Shown here: piece after piece, positions 1 to 9,311 of the stretch
How the letters are laid out: each line of letters begins with the position of its first letter
Numbering within the stretch: position 1 is the first letter of the stretch
Origin: Saprospiraceae bacterium UBA2365
Lineage (GTDB): Bacteria > Bacteroidota > Bacteroidia > Chitinophagales > Saprospiraceae
Direction: 5' to 3'
Assembly (NCBI GenBank): GCA_002344345.1
Contig: DDTL01000179.1
Location: 8,849-72,848 of the forward strand
Length of the DNA: 64,000 nucleotides
Notes under the pieces: generated by a model
The model's input: only the letters and a program-made list of their open reading frames with translations
Databases searched by the model: none
What the model was told of the DNA's origin: nothing
Program-made: the position numbers and the translations under genes

Positions 1-114
1 CATAACACGTTGTGGATCACCCACTGTGATAATGGTATCGGCCAACTCATCTTTTGACAATCCCAGGTGATAAACTCTGCCTTCCTTCAATATCAATTCA
101 CTCTCCTTTATCAT
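1..114 (-). CDS. nucleoside phosphorylase family protein (PNP/UDP-like), first 38 codons only; the gene runs off the left edge
   Basis: Hand translation of the minus strand from ATG (112..114) gives MIKESELILKEGRVYHLGLSKDELADTIITVGDPQRVM. This resembles the N-terminus of PNP/UDP-family phosphorylases. It is absent from the ORF track because it is truncated. Confidence 0.5.
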   Translation of the reverse strand, partial: MIKESELILKEGRVYHLGLSKDELADTIITVGDPQRVM

Positions 115-361
115 GCTGATAACAGATTTTACATTCAATGAAACAATAAAATATTCAAAAATCGTTCCGTAAATTCACGATTTGTTGATTTGATAATTCG
201 ATAACCTGAACATTTGAACATCGCACCAACGGAACATCTCAATCAATCCACTCCGACATTGAAAAATTTGGGTGAAAAGGATTTCAATTATTCTATCAAT
301 AAAGTCTACCTTTGCAAACTGTTGACTTCGATAAGCAACTGTTTATTAAAAAGCTAACTAT

Positions 362-2674
362 ATGTCTGAACATTTTTCCTCCGTTGAAAAAGCAATGTGC
401 TGCGAATTTGAAAAAAGATTTCCGGTCAATATTTCATATGTTACAGTTAAAAATTTTCCACAACTTGGGCTACTTACCGCTTTGCGATTTCTGGAATGGG
501 TAGCAGAAAATCCGGACGGAGTCATCAGTTTACCAACAGGAAAAACACCTGAGTACTTTATTTCATGGACTAAATTTATACTTGACAACTGGGACAAACC
601 TGACGGACAGACATTCAGGAAGGACCATGGTCTTCTGATAGACCAAAAACCCAGTTTGAAAAATTTACATTTTGTCCAGATCGATGAATTCTATCCGATC
701 AGTTTAAAACAGCACAATAGCTTTTATCATTACGTACAAAAGTATTATGTAGAAGATTTTGGCCTGGATAAAAACAAGGGCCTTTTTATCAATTGTGATG
801 AAATCAACCTGGCTGAGGACAAACATTTTGACGAGATCTTCCCGGAAGGGATTGTGGATCTGGGCTTAAGATATCGGGAACCAAAAACAGTTTTGGAAAA
901 ACTACAGCAACGCTCTATTTTTATGATAGACGCCTGGTGCACCGCTTATGAAGACAAAATCAGGGAAAAGGGTGGTATCGGTTTTTTCCTGGGCGGGATT
1001 GGACCTGACGGTCACATCGCTTTTAATACCAGGGGCTCTGATCACAATTCAGTTTCCAGATTGACTCAGACTAACTATGAGACACAGGCAGTCGCAGCAG
1101 GAGATTTGGGTGGAATTGAGGTTTCCAGAGGGAAACTGGTGATCACCATCGGATTACAAACGATCACCTATAATCCTGAGTGTGTCGCGATCATTTTCGC
1201 AGCAGGAGAAGCTAAAGCACCGATGGTGAAAGATGCACTCGAAAAACAGCCTTCCAATATGTACCCTGCATCAGTTTTAACCAGGTTGAAAAACGCTCGT
1301 TTTTATCTGACCACGGGGGCAGCAGCCTTCCTGCAAGATGCTGTTTACCACTATTATACTTCAACACCCTGGAACCAGGAAAAAACTGACCGCGCTGTCA
1401 TTGATCTTTGTGTTCGCCTGGATAAATTTGCCGATCACCTGGATATGGACGATCTTCAGAATGATCCTTATTGCAGTTTGATCCCGGGTTTGAGCCTGGA
1501 CATTATTCAGTCAGTCAAGGATTCAATATTGAAGAAAATCAACCGTGGAACTGAATCACTAAGTCATCAGATGTTTTACCATACGGGTCCGCACCATGAC
1601 GATATCATGTTGGGTCTATTGCCTCATATACATCGTTTATCCAGAAATGAGACCAACAGATCTCATTTTGCGGTGATGACCTCCGGTTTTACTGCAGTCA
1701 CCAATGATTTTCTGTACCATTTGCTGGTACACACTCGTGAACTTCTGGTAAAAGGACTCATCCAGATGGTCAATTACGAGGATTTTTTCACCGTAGGCTA
1801 CAATTTCAAACGGGACAAGGATGTATACCACTATCTGATCAGAGTTGCAACAGGCAATGCTGACGAGCGTAAAAGAGCTTTTGCACACAGAATGGTTCGC
1901 AATATTACCGAAATCTGGAAGGTAAAGGATGTCGAAGAACTGGAGAACAAGATGGTGGACGTGATCTCGACATTGCGCAACAGTTACGATGGCGAAAAAC
2001 TTCCACCACCCATCCAGCGGCTTAAAGGAATGATCCGCGAATTTGAGGAAGAGCTCGTTTGGGCATACTTCGGTATGACCCATAAGGAGGTACATCATTT
2101 AAGGCTCGGGTTTTATACCGGAGATATTTTTACGGAAAAACCGGACAGAAAGCGGGATGTGGAACCCATCTTGGATCAGTTGCGCCGGATAAAACCGGGC
2201 ATCATCAGCCTGGCATTTGACCCGGAAGGCAGCGGTCCTGATACCCATTATAAAGTATTGCAGGCCATTGCAGAGGCTGTCCGGGTATGGAGCAGGGAGA
2301 CTGATCTTGAACACCTCAGGATTTGGGGATACCGGAATGTCTGGTATAAATTCCACCCGGCTGAGGTGTCCCATATCGTTCCTGTCTCGCTCAATGCTAT
2401 GGGTGTGATGGATAATGCCTTTACCAACAGTTATCTGAGCCAGGTGGATGCCTCTTTCCCCAGCTACCAGCACGATGGCAAATTTTCTGATCTTTCCAAC
2501 AGGATCTGGGGAGAACAGCTTTATCCGATCCAGTTGCTTCTTGGGAAAAGATTTTTCTACCAGAATGAGAGTCCCAGACTGAGAACAACCCATGGATTAC
2601 TCTTTTTTCATGAGATGAATGTCGAAGAATTCCTCGCTTCAGCCAGGGAACTGGAGAAAAGTATGGAAGGATGA
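362..2674 (+). CDS. nagB: long-form glucosamine-6-phosphate deaminase/isomerase fused to a LmbE/PIG-L-like deacetylase-type domain
   Basis: 770 aa ORF. The N-terminal half has the NagB-type motif GGIGPDGHIAFN. The central part has HTGPHHDDIMLG, which resembles the PIG-L/LmbE zinc-deacetylase signature. ATG start, TGA stop. Confidence 0.8.
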   Translation: MSEHFSSVEKAMCCEFEKRFPVNISYVTVKNFPQLGLLTALRFLEWVAENPDGVISLPTGKTPEYFISWTKFILDNWDKPDGQTFRKDHGLLIDQKPSLKNLHFVQIDEFYPISLKQHNSFYHYVQKYYVEDFGLDKNKGLFINCDEINLAEDKHFDEIFPEGIVDLGLRYREPKTVLEKLQQRSIFMIDAWCTAYEDKIREKGGIGFFLGGIGPDGHIAFNTRGSDHNSVSRLTQTNYETQAVAAGDLGGIEVSRGKLVITIGLQTITYNPECVAIIFAAGEAKAPMVKDALEKQPSNMYPASVLTRLKNARFYLTTGAAAFLQDAVYHYYTSTPWNQEKTDRAVIDLCVRLDKFADHLDMDDLQNDPYCSLIPGLSLDIIQSVKDSILKKINRGTESLSHQMFYHTGPHHDDIMLGLLPHIHRLSRNETNRSHFAVMTSGFTAVTNDFLYHLLVHTRELLVKGLIQMVNYEDFFTVGYNFKRDKDVYHYLIRVATGNADERKRAFAHRMVRNITEIWKVKDVEELENKMVDVISTLRNSYDGEKLPPPIQRLKGMIREFEEELVWAYFGMTHKEVHHLRLGFYTGDIFTEKPDRKRDVEPILDQLRRIKPGIISLAFDPEGSGPDTHYKVLQAIAEAVRVWSRETDLEHLRIWGYRNVWYKFHPAEVSHIVPVSLNAMGVMDNAFTNSYLSQVDASFPSYQHDGKFSDLSNRIWGEQLYPIQLLLGKRFFYQNESPRLRTTHGLLFFHEMNVEEFLASARELEKSMEG

Positions 2675-2680
2675 GTTAAT

Positions 2681-2788
2681 GTTCAAATGTTCAAATGTTG
2701 AAAATCCTGACATTCATCGTCAGGAATCTGAAGTTCAAATGTTCGAATGTTCAAATTTTCGAATCTTCGAATTTTCGAATCTTCAAAT
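2681..2788. repeat. two blocks of 8-bp tandem repeats (consensus NTTCRAAT; 3 + 7 units) separated by a short hairpin
   Basis: 2681..2704 reads gttcaaat gttcaaat gttgaaaa. The hairpin CCTGAC-attcatc-GTCAGG lies at 2706..2724. 2733..2788 reads gttcaaat gttcgaat gttcaaat tttcgaat cttcgaat tttcgaat cttcaaat. Confidence 0.85.
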
Positions 2789-2906
2789 GATCTGTTTTTT
2801 TGTAATCAGCATGATTTATGGCTGAAATTGAAGAAAAGCTTTTGGTTGCGGATACAAATTCTGGCCGAATGACGTTATCCTATTTTGCTGTAGAATATTG
2901 AGATTA

Positions 2907-3491
2907 ATGAACCGGAGTATACTTTTTGGATTATTTGTTGTAAAGCTTAGTGTGGTCATGTTGATGGCCTTTTTGTTTTTGATGGGAAAACCTGTTTTTG
3001 CTCAGGTAAAGTGGCAAACATTTGATAGCAAGGAACCATCATTTTCCGTTTCAATGCCCGGAACAGTCAGGCTGATGGAAAAAGGAGTTTCGACGCCGAC
3101 AGGAGAATTTTTAGTACATACCGTTTATGCTGAATCCTCTGTTGATTCAACAGGTAATTTTTTATATCTGGTCAATTATTTTGAAGCGGATGACATTGAT
3201 TTTACACCGGACAGCAGTTTCAATGCCTATATATTTCTGGAAGATTTTCTTGAAAACATAAAAGCGCAGGTTGACGGTACTATTCTTTACAGTCACCGGG
3301 ACCAATTTGATCAAAATCCTGTATTGGAATACAGGTTAAATTACCGGGATGACTTACTGGCGATGAAAGGCCGGATCATCCAGGTAGGGCAGACGATCTA
3401 CTCGCTCCAGGTTTTCTCAGATAAGAAAAATTCACTCAACAGGAATATGGACTCTTTTTTACATTCCTTCAGGCTCATCAATGGGGAATAA
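2907..3491 (+). CDS. hypothetical secreted protein (N-terminal signal peptide)
   Basis: The ORF track starts at TTG 2898; the ATG at 2907 gives MNRSILFGLFVVKLSVVMLMAFLFLMGKPVFAQ. No family recognised. Confidence 0.5.
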   Translation: MNRSILFGLFVVKLSVVMLMAFLFLMGKPVFAQVKWQTFDSKEPSFSVSMPGTVRLMEKGVSTPTGEFLVHTVYAESSVDSTGNFLYLVNYFEADDIDFTPDSSFNAYIFLEDFLENIKAQVDGTILYSHRDQFDQNPVLEYRLNYRDDLLAMKGRIIQVGQTIYSLQVFSDKKNSLNRNMDSFLHSFRLINGE

Positions 3492-3768
3492 AACTCTATA
3501 ATTCTTCATCGCAATTACCAATATCTGGATTGGGCTTTATTTTTACATGATTTACGTCCGCAGAATCATCAGGTAAATATTTTTGTTGTTATTCAGGAGC
3601 TTAGCTAATTAGTCTGTTTGCCTGTTAGTCTCTTGGTATTGAGCAAGTATATTGAGAAAAAGACAGCTGATTTGTTCTGGAATCGGAGGTTTTAAGCTAT
3701 TGTGTAAATCATTTGCTATTAGACTAAAGACTAAAAGATTATTGAGCTAAACAATTACATTTTTTTGC

Positions 3769-3776
3769 TACATTTG
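3769..3776 (+). promoter_or_regulatory. candidate Bacteroidota sigma-A -7 element (TAnnTTTG)
   Basis: tacatttg lies 21 nt upstream of the ATG at 3797. Confidence 0.4.
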
Positions 3777-3796
3777 ACATAAATCTGTAGTCCTCT

Positions 3797-4423
3797 ATGG
3801 GAAACATCGAATTGATCGGCTCGGTTGCGTTGATACACCTGGTGGCAGTGATCAGTCCGGGACCTGATTTCCTGGTGATGGTCAGGAATTCGCTGAGTTT
3901 TGGCAGAAGGGTAGGGTTTTGGACAGCCATAGGCATCGGATGTGGTATAATGATCCATATATTTTACTCTTTCATAGGCCTGGGATTGCTGATCAGTCAA
4001 TCTGAAATATTATACAACATTGTCAAATATTTAGGCACTGCCTACCTTATTTATCTTGGATATGGAGCTTTCTTTTCAGTTTCAAAACCCCTGGAATTAG
4101 AGCAGCAACCAATTTCGGAAAATTCAAACCTCAGTTCTGCGAAGGCATTTCAAATTGGGTTCCTTACCAATGTGCTCAACCCGAAAGCAACCTTGTTTTT
4201 TCTGAGCTTATTTACGATGGTGATCAAGCCCGATGTAGACCGATTTATTTTTGGTATCATCAGCGTCATTTTAGTTGTCGACACCATGCTGTGGTTCATT
4301 TTGCTCAGCTATCTGATCACCTACAAAAATATCAGAATAATATTTGTAAAAAGGCAAAACGCTTTTAATAAAATATTTGGTGTACTATTATTGCTTATGG
4401 CAATAAAAATTATATTTGGTTAA
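3797..4423 (+). CDS. LysE/RhtB family amino-acid efflux translocator
   Basis: 208 aa polytopic membrane protein. The N-terminal SPGPDF and central LNPKATLFFLSLF are typical of the LysE family. Confidence 0.8.
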   Translation: MGNIELIGSVALIHLVAVISPGPDFLVMVRNSLSFGRRVGFWTAIGIGCGIMIHIFYSFIGLGLLISQSEILYNIVKYLGTAYLIYLGYGAFFSVSKPLELEQQPISENSNLSSAKAFQIGFLTNVLNPKATLFFLSLFTMVIKPDVDRFIFGIISVILVVDTMLWFILLSYLITYKNIRIIFVKRQNAFNKIFGVLLLLMAIKIIFG

Positions 4424-5463
4424 AATCTTGGACAAAACAGTGCCTCATTTTCGTTTTCTCCCAGATAGGAAACAGAAAACTCAAATGTTGAAAAGTTCCT
4501 TGTATGATGATAGATCTGATTGATACCGATATCGTAACTCATGCCAAGTAACAGGTTTTTCACCTGAACACCCACGAATGGAACCAGGCTGGCAATTGCA
4601 ACCGTTTCCAGATCTCTTACAATATGTACTCCAAGACCCCCGTGAAATACGTAATCTTCAGTTGAAAAAGTGGACATCTTCATATTCACGCCCATTTCTA
4701 CATCCACAAAAGGATTTTGGGCAGTTACGATCAATCTTGGAATGACATGAGTATATGCACCGGTTTTAATACTGGCCGCGGTATGAAAAGTGAATTTCGG
4801 AATCAGGGAATTTCTGTCGTACACTTCTGAAAACCTGAAGAATGAAACGTTGGGAACTGTCAGATGGTGAAAGGCAATTCCGGTTTGCAATTCTACATTT
4901 CTTACAGGGTTGATCAGGTGCAGCAATCCGATGCTCAGATCTTCAACAGCAAAATTATTAGCCGGAACGGGTTCATTTGTTGGAAATGAATAGGCATCTA
5001 CATGGTTAAACTGATCTCCAAAATTGGTTTGCTCGTAATTGATATTTTTCTGGAGCACACCAAACTGAAATCCAAAACCAAGATAATGAGAGTTTTTCGG
5101 ATTCAAGGATTTGTGGAAAGCGCCGCTCAATGCAATGAAATTGGTATTAAAATCAATGCCTTCAATCCTGTCATTGACAAAATAAATACCTAAGCCTAAG
5201 AGATCCCTGCTGGTGCTTTTAAACAGGTTTAAATCATAATTAATATCCCCGGAAGCTGCAAAAGACTGAAATCCAAAATCCAGTTGATTTGCCCATTGGT
5301 TGCGATATTGTGCATTGACACGGACTGAACCGTTGAAAATACCGGTCAATGCCGGATTTAAATAAGGTGAAGTGACATACCGTTGACTAAAAGCCACATC
5401 CTGACCAAAACTATATTGGAAAAATACCCATGTCAAAGCGAAAAGTATGTATCTGGATCGCAT
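4420..5463 (-). CDS. PorP/SprF family type IX secretion system membrane protein
   Basis: An internal ATG (5461..5463) gives MRSRYILFALTWVFFQYSFGQDVAFSQRYVTSPYLNPALTG, the characteristic PorP/SprF N-terminus. The C-terminus is beta-barrel-like. The ORF-track start at 5601 adds 46 unlikely residues. Confidence 0.8.
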   Translation of the reverse strand: MRSRYILFALTWVFFQYSFGQDVAFSQRYVTSPYLNPALTGIFNGSVRVNAQYRNQWANQLDFGFQSFAASGDINYDLNLFKSTSRDLLGLGIYFVNDRIEGIDFNTNFIALSGAFHKSLNPKNSHYLGFGFQFGVLQKNINYEQTNFGDQFNHVDAYSFPTNEPVPANNFAVEDLSIGLLHLINPVRNVELQTGIAFHHLTVPNVSFFRFSEVYDRNSLIPKFTFHTAASIKTGAYTHVIPRLIVTAQNPFVDVEMGVNMKMSTFSTEDYVFHGGLGVHIVRDLETVAIASLVPFVGVQVKNLLLGMSYDIGINQIYHHTRNFSTFEFSVSYLGENENEALFCPRF

Positions 5464-5707
5464 GTTCAATAAATTTGCGCAAAAATAGTAAAATAATAAT
5501 ATGTTCCGTCCACTCCACCAAAATTTAAAAGCAACAGACAGCGCTTTCATCGGTAATAAGACTTTAATGGCACTAAAGAATAAGGAATGTACCGAATGCA
5601 TTAAGCTATAACTTAATACCGTTCATATTAGTATCTTTTTACGGTGTTTTTTAGCTTTCAATACAAGCCCTTCAATGTATTTTCAATTCATTTATATAAT
5701 TATTTTC

Positions 5708-5715
5708 TATATTTG
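5708..5715 (+). promoter_or_regulatory. candidate -7 promoter element (TAnnTTTG) giving a leaderless or near-leaderless smc mRNA
   Basis: tatatttg ends 6 nt before the smc ATG at 5722. Confidence 0.35.
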
Positions 5716-5721
5716 CGGTCA

Positions 5722-8700
5722 ATGCAACTGAAATCTATATATATCAAAGGGTTCAAAAGCTTTCCTGTTGAGACTGTTATTCATTTCAACGAACGGGTGA
5801 CTGGTGTTGTTGGACCTAATGGCTCCGGCAAATCCAATATTGTCGATGCCATCAGATGGGTGTTGGGTGAACAAAAGACTTCTGAACTGAGGCTAAGTGA
5901 AATGACTGATGTTTTATTTAATGGCACAAAGAAAAGAAATAAAAGCGGTCTCGCTCAGGTAACCCTTCATTTCGACAATACAAAAAACCTGATCCCCACA
6001 GAATACAACCAGGTTTCAATTTCCAGGCTGCTTTTCCGGAATGGTGAAAGTGAATATAAGATCAACGATGTGCCTTGCCGTTTAAAAGACATCAAATCCT
6101 TGTTTACTGACACCGGCGTCAGTTCTGATTCTTATGCCATCATAGCGCTCAATATGGTGGACGAACTATTGACCAATTCGAACGGTTCCAGGGTCAGAAT
6201 GATGGAGCAAGCCTCTGGAATCAGCAGATACAAACAAAGGAAAAAAGAAACCATCAACAAACTGCAGTCAACTGAAATTGACCTCAGCAGGGTAGAGGAT
6301 CTGTTGTTCGAAATTTCAAACAATCTGGAAAGCCTTGAAAAACAAGCAAAAAGAGTTGAAAGATATAATAAGATCCGGGAAGATTACAAAAGCGTCAGCC
6401 TCCAGCTCTACCTTAAAAAATATGACGACCTGCATGATTCAACTCAACAAATAAATTCAAGAATACTGGAAGAAACAACCGTTTTAAAAGAATTTGAAGC
6501 CAAAATGACAATTCTTGAGGCTGAACTCATGCGAGAGAAAAAGGAAATTGTGGATAATGAATCCAGCCTGAGCGCATTTCAGAAAGAGATCAATGAGCTT
6601 CTGGACAGCGTAAGGAAACAGGAAAACCAAAAACAACTTTTACTTCAGCAATTACAACACAATCAACAAAAACTGATACTTACAGAAGAAGAACAGACAA
6701 GGCTTGAAAAACAGATCAGCGAAAATGAGGTTATCATCGGGTCACTAAATGAACGTGTTCATGCTGAACAGGCTCTGCACAAAAACATTGAAGATAAGGA
6801 CCTTCAGCTGAACAATGAATATGAAGCGATTAAAAAATCATATTATGAAGCGAAAGCGGATCATGACTCGCTGACAAATAAAAGAAAAAATCTGGGTGAA
6901 TCTAAACACCAGTTTGAAAAATCTCTTGCTGTACTCGAAAACCAGATAGAAAACCTTGAAATCAGCATTCACAGAAAAAGGCAGATGATGGAGCAATTGC
7001 TTCAGGATTCTGATAATGTAAAAGAGGAACAAAAGCAGGCACAAATAAAACTCGATCAGCAGGAATTGCTATTGAAATCACAGATGGAGGATCATGCAAG
7101 TAAAAATGATAAGATCTTGATGCTCAATAAGCAACGGAATGATTTGCGTAATGAAAAAGATAAGATTACGAGAAGACTGGATGCCCGTATCAATGAATAT
7201 GACCTGATCAAAAGTATGGTGGATTCACTTGAAGGTTATCCCGAATCGATTAAATTCCTCAACAAGCATTTGGACACCAAGCCTGTTATTTTGTCTGATC
7301 TGTTGTATGCACCGGATAAATATAAAATTGCAATAGAGAATTTTTTGGAACCCTACCTCAACTATTTTGTTGTGGATAGCTTTTCTGAAGCAGTGGAGGC
7401 TCTCTTATTGCTCAAGAAAGCACAGAAAGGGAAAGCCAATTTTTTTATTCTGGATCAAATCCCTGAACAGATTCCTGTGACAGATGAACTGGATGGATTG
7501 CAACCTGCATTGAATTTTCTTGAATATGACGAAAAGTACCACCGCCTTATTTCCAGATTGTTGGAAAATGTTTTCATCACCGATCTCGGTTTAGACGACA
7601 TAGATCTGCTGAGTTCGGGTTTAAAAGAGGAACCATTCATCATTCTTGATAAAAACGGCACCTTTACCACTACCAATTTCACCGTATCCGGAGGGTCTGT
7701 TGGCTTATTCGAAGGAAAGAAGATCGGGAGAAGGAAGAATCTGGAAAAACTGGAGGAAGAGATCCGACGTTTAAAACAGGAGAATACCTTGATGGATGGT
7801 AAAATCATTGTGGTCTCCAATGAGATCGGCCACCTCGAAGCTGATTTGAAGGGACATTCCCTGGACGATTTAAAAAATAAGATCCAGCAAAGCAGGATCC
7901 GACTTGCTCAGTTCTCAACTACATTGAACGGTAAAGTTCAGCGTCTGGACGCTTTAAAGGCAGAAGTCCATTCGGAAATAGAAGACATTGAACAAATGAA
8001 GTCCCTTATCCTTAAAAACAGGCAATCGATCCAGCAACTAGAAGTTGAACTTGCCTCAATTTTGTCCGGAAATAACATGAATGATTCAAATTTACAGTCC
8101 ATTTCCGACAGACTCGCTGATATCACAGAAGCAAAAAACCAACAGCATATCGAACTGATCAAACACCAGAACCTGATCAATACTCTGGAAAACGAACTGG
8201 GCTATAAAATGACAGATTTAAACAAGATGTCAGAGAAATATGGTCTTAATAAGACAGTTTTGACTGACATCACTGAAATGTTGCTGGTGCTGGACAAGGA
8301 TCTTGCTATATTGGAACAGTCATTGGTCGCAGATTATAACAGGAAAAAGGAGAAAGAGCTACATCTCGGTGATGTGGAAAAAGATTTCTATGCAAAAAGA
8401 GGAAAAGTCCACGAAATGGAAGAGCAGGTAACCGTGGAACGAAGGAATATTTCACAATCAAATTTCCTCGTGAATGAACTTAAAGAAAAACTGCAGGATA
8501 TCCGGTTTAAAGTCATCAGTATCAAGGAAAGATTACAGATTGAATTCAACACTTCTCTCGATTCCGTGATACAGATTGAAAGATCTTTAGTACCACTTGA
8601 TGAGTTGGAAGAAGAACAGGAAAAGCTAAAGCGAAAAATCGATCATTTCGGAGAAGTGAACACCCTCGCTATTGAGGCATATCAAGAAATGAAAGAAAGA

Positions 8701-9288
8701 TTTGACACGATTTCACAACAGAAAAATGATATTCTGAATGCCAAAAAATCGTTGATCAAGACCATTGATGAAATTGAAAAGGTTGCTACACAGAAATATC
8801 TTGAAACGTTTGAAGTTGTGAACATGCATTTTAAACGTGTTTTTACCAGGTTGTTCAGTGAAGATGATACCTGTGAGATCGTCATGGAAGATCCTGAAAA
8901 TCCTTTGGAATCAGGCATTGAGATTATAGCCAGACCAAAAGGTAAAAGACCAAAAACCCTAAGCCAGTTGTCCGGAGGAGAGAAAACCCTGACAGCCATT
9001 GCTTTGCTGTTTTCTTTATACCTTTATAAACCAGCTCCATTCTGCATTTTTGATGAGGTTGATGCACCTTTGGATGACTCCAATATAGAAAAATTCAACA
9101 GGATTGTCAAAGAGTTTTCCAGGGAAAGCCAGTTTATTATCATCACACATAATAAAGCCACTATGGCTTCAGTGGATGTATTATATGGTGTTTTCATGCA
9201 GGAAATGGGTGTTTCAGAAGTAGCAGCTGTTGATTTCAGGGATTATGAACATTTGGATACAGTAGCTGAAGGACAGTTTTTAAACTGA
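5722..9288 (+). CDS. smc: chromosome segregation protein SMC
   Basis: Canonical N-terminus MQLKSIYIKGFKSF with Walker A GPNGSGKSN. Long coiled-coil arms and a hinge. Signature motif LSGGEKTLTA and Walker B FDEVDAPLD. The ORF-track start at 5644 is an upstream extension. Confidence 0.95.
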   Translation: MQLKSIYIKGFKSFPVETVIHFNERVTGVVGPNGSGKSNIVDAIRWVLGEQKTSELRLSEMTDVLFNGTKKRNKSGLAQVTLHFDNTKNLIPTEYNQVSISRLLFRNGESEYKINDVPCRLKDIKSLFTDTGVSSDSYAIIALNMVDELLTNSNGSRVRMMEQASGISRYKQRKKETINKLQSTEIDLSRVEDLLFEISNNLESLEKQAKRVERYNKIREDYKSVSLQLYLKKYDDLHDSTQQINSRILEETTVLKEFEAKMTILEAELMREKKEIVDNESSLSAFQKEINELLDSVRKQENQKQLLLQQLQHNQQKLILTEEEQTRLEKQISENEVIIGSLNERVHAEQALHKNIEDKDLQLNNEYEAIKKSYYEAKADHDSLTNKRKNLGESKHQFEKSLAVLENQIENLEISIHRKRQMMEQLLQDSDNVKEEQKQAQIKLDQQELLLKSQMEDHASKNDKILMLNKQRNDLRNEKDKITRRLDARINEYDLIKSMVDSLEGYPESIKFLNKHLDTKPVILSDLLYAPDKYKIAIENFLEPYLNYFVVDSFSEAVEALLLLKKAQKGKANFFILDQIPEQIPVTDELDGLQPALNFLEYDEKYHRLISRLLENVFITDLGLDDIDLLSSGLKEEPFIILDKNGTFTTTNFTVSGGSVGLFEGKKIGRRKNLEKLEEEIRRLKQENTLMDGKIIVVSNEIGHLEADLKGHSLDDLKNKIQQSRIRLAQFSTTLNGKVQRLDALKAEVHSEIEDIEQMKSLILKNRQSIQQLEVELASILSGNNMNDSNLQSISDRLADITEAKNQQHIELIKHQNLINTLENELGYKMTDLNKMSEKYGLNKTVLTDITEMLLVLDKDLAILEQSLVADYNRKKEKELHLGDVEKDFYAKRGKVHEMEEQVTVERRNISQSNFLVNELKEKLQDIRFKVISIKERLQIEFNTSLDSVIQIERSLVPLDELEEEQEKLKRKIDHFGEVNTLAIEAYQEMKERFDTISQQKNDILNAKKSLIKTIDEIEKVATQKYLETFEVVNMHFKRVFTRLFSEDDTCEIVMEDPENPLESGIEIIARPKGKRPKTLSQLSGGEKTLTAIALLFSLYLYKPAPFCIFDEVDAPLDDSNIEKFNRIVKEFSRESQFIIITHNKATMASVDVLYGVFMQEMGVSEVAAVDFRDYEHLDTVAEGQFLN

Positions 9289-9311
9289 TAATCATTTATT
9301 AAGGATTAAAA

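Noticed and set aside
1637-2593. Long antisense ORFs inside annotated genes. Examples: 1637..2098 and 2099..2593 (-) inside nagB; 43319..43885 (+) and 38966..39355 (+) inside the GH30 genes; 45907..46335 (+); 49377..49808 (+) inside susC; 56163..56627 (+) inside glmM; 52931..53338 (+) inside the regulator; 7455..7820 (-) inside smc.
   Set aside because: These are shadow ORFs opposite genes with strong family motifs. Their translations are low-complexity or have odd composition and no recognisable motifs.
2681-2788. Possible CRISPR array (also considered for the 14-bp tandem at 34396..34434).
   Set aside because: The units are 8 or 14 bp and directly abut with no spacers. No cas genes are present. 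These are simple tandem repeats.
2619-2825. 68-aa ORF overlapping the nagB stop and the octamer array.
   Set aside because: The peptide (MFKCSNVEN...MFECSNFRIFEFSNL) is simply the translation of the 8-bp tandem repeats and is not credible coding sequence.
5464-5721. N-terminal extensions in the ORF track. Examples: PorP/SprF to 5601, smc from 5644, tilS to 11976, the T9SS protein from 20506, the regulator to 55342, the methyltransferase from 58971, radical SAM from 60835, and the Fe-S protein from 62028.
   Set aside because: Internal ATG codons give canonical family N-termini or proper signal peptides. The extensions would also overlap divergent promoter regions.
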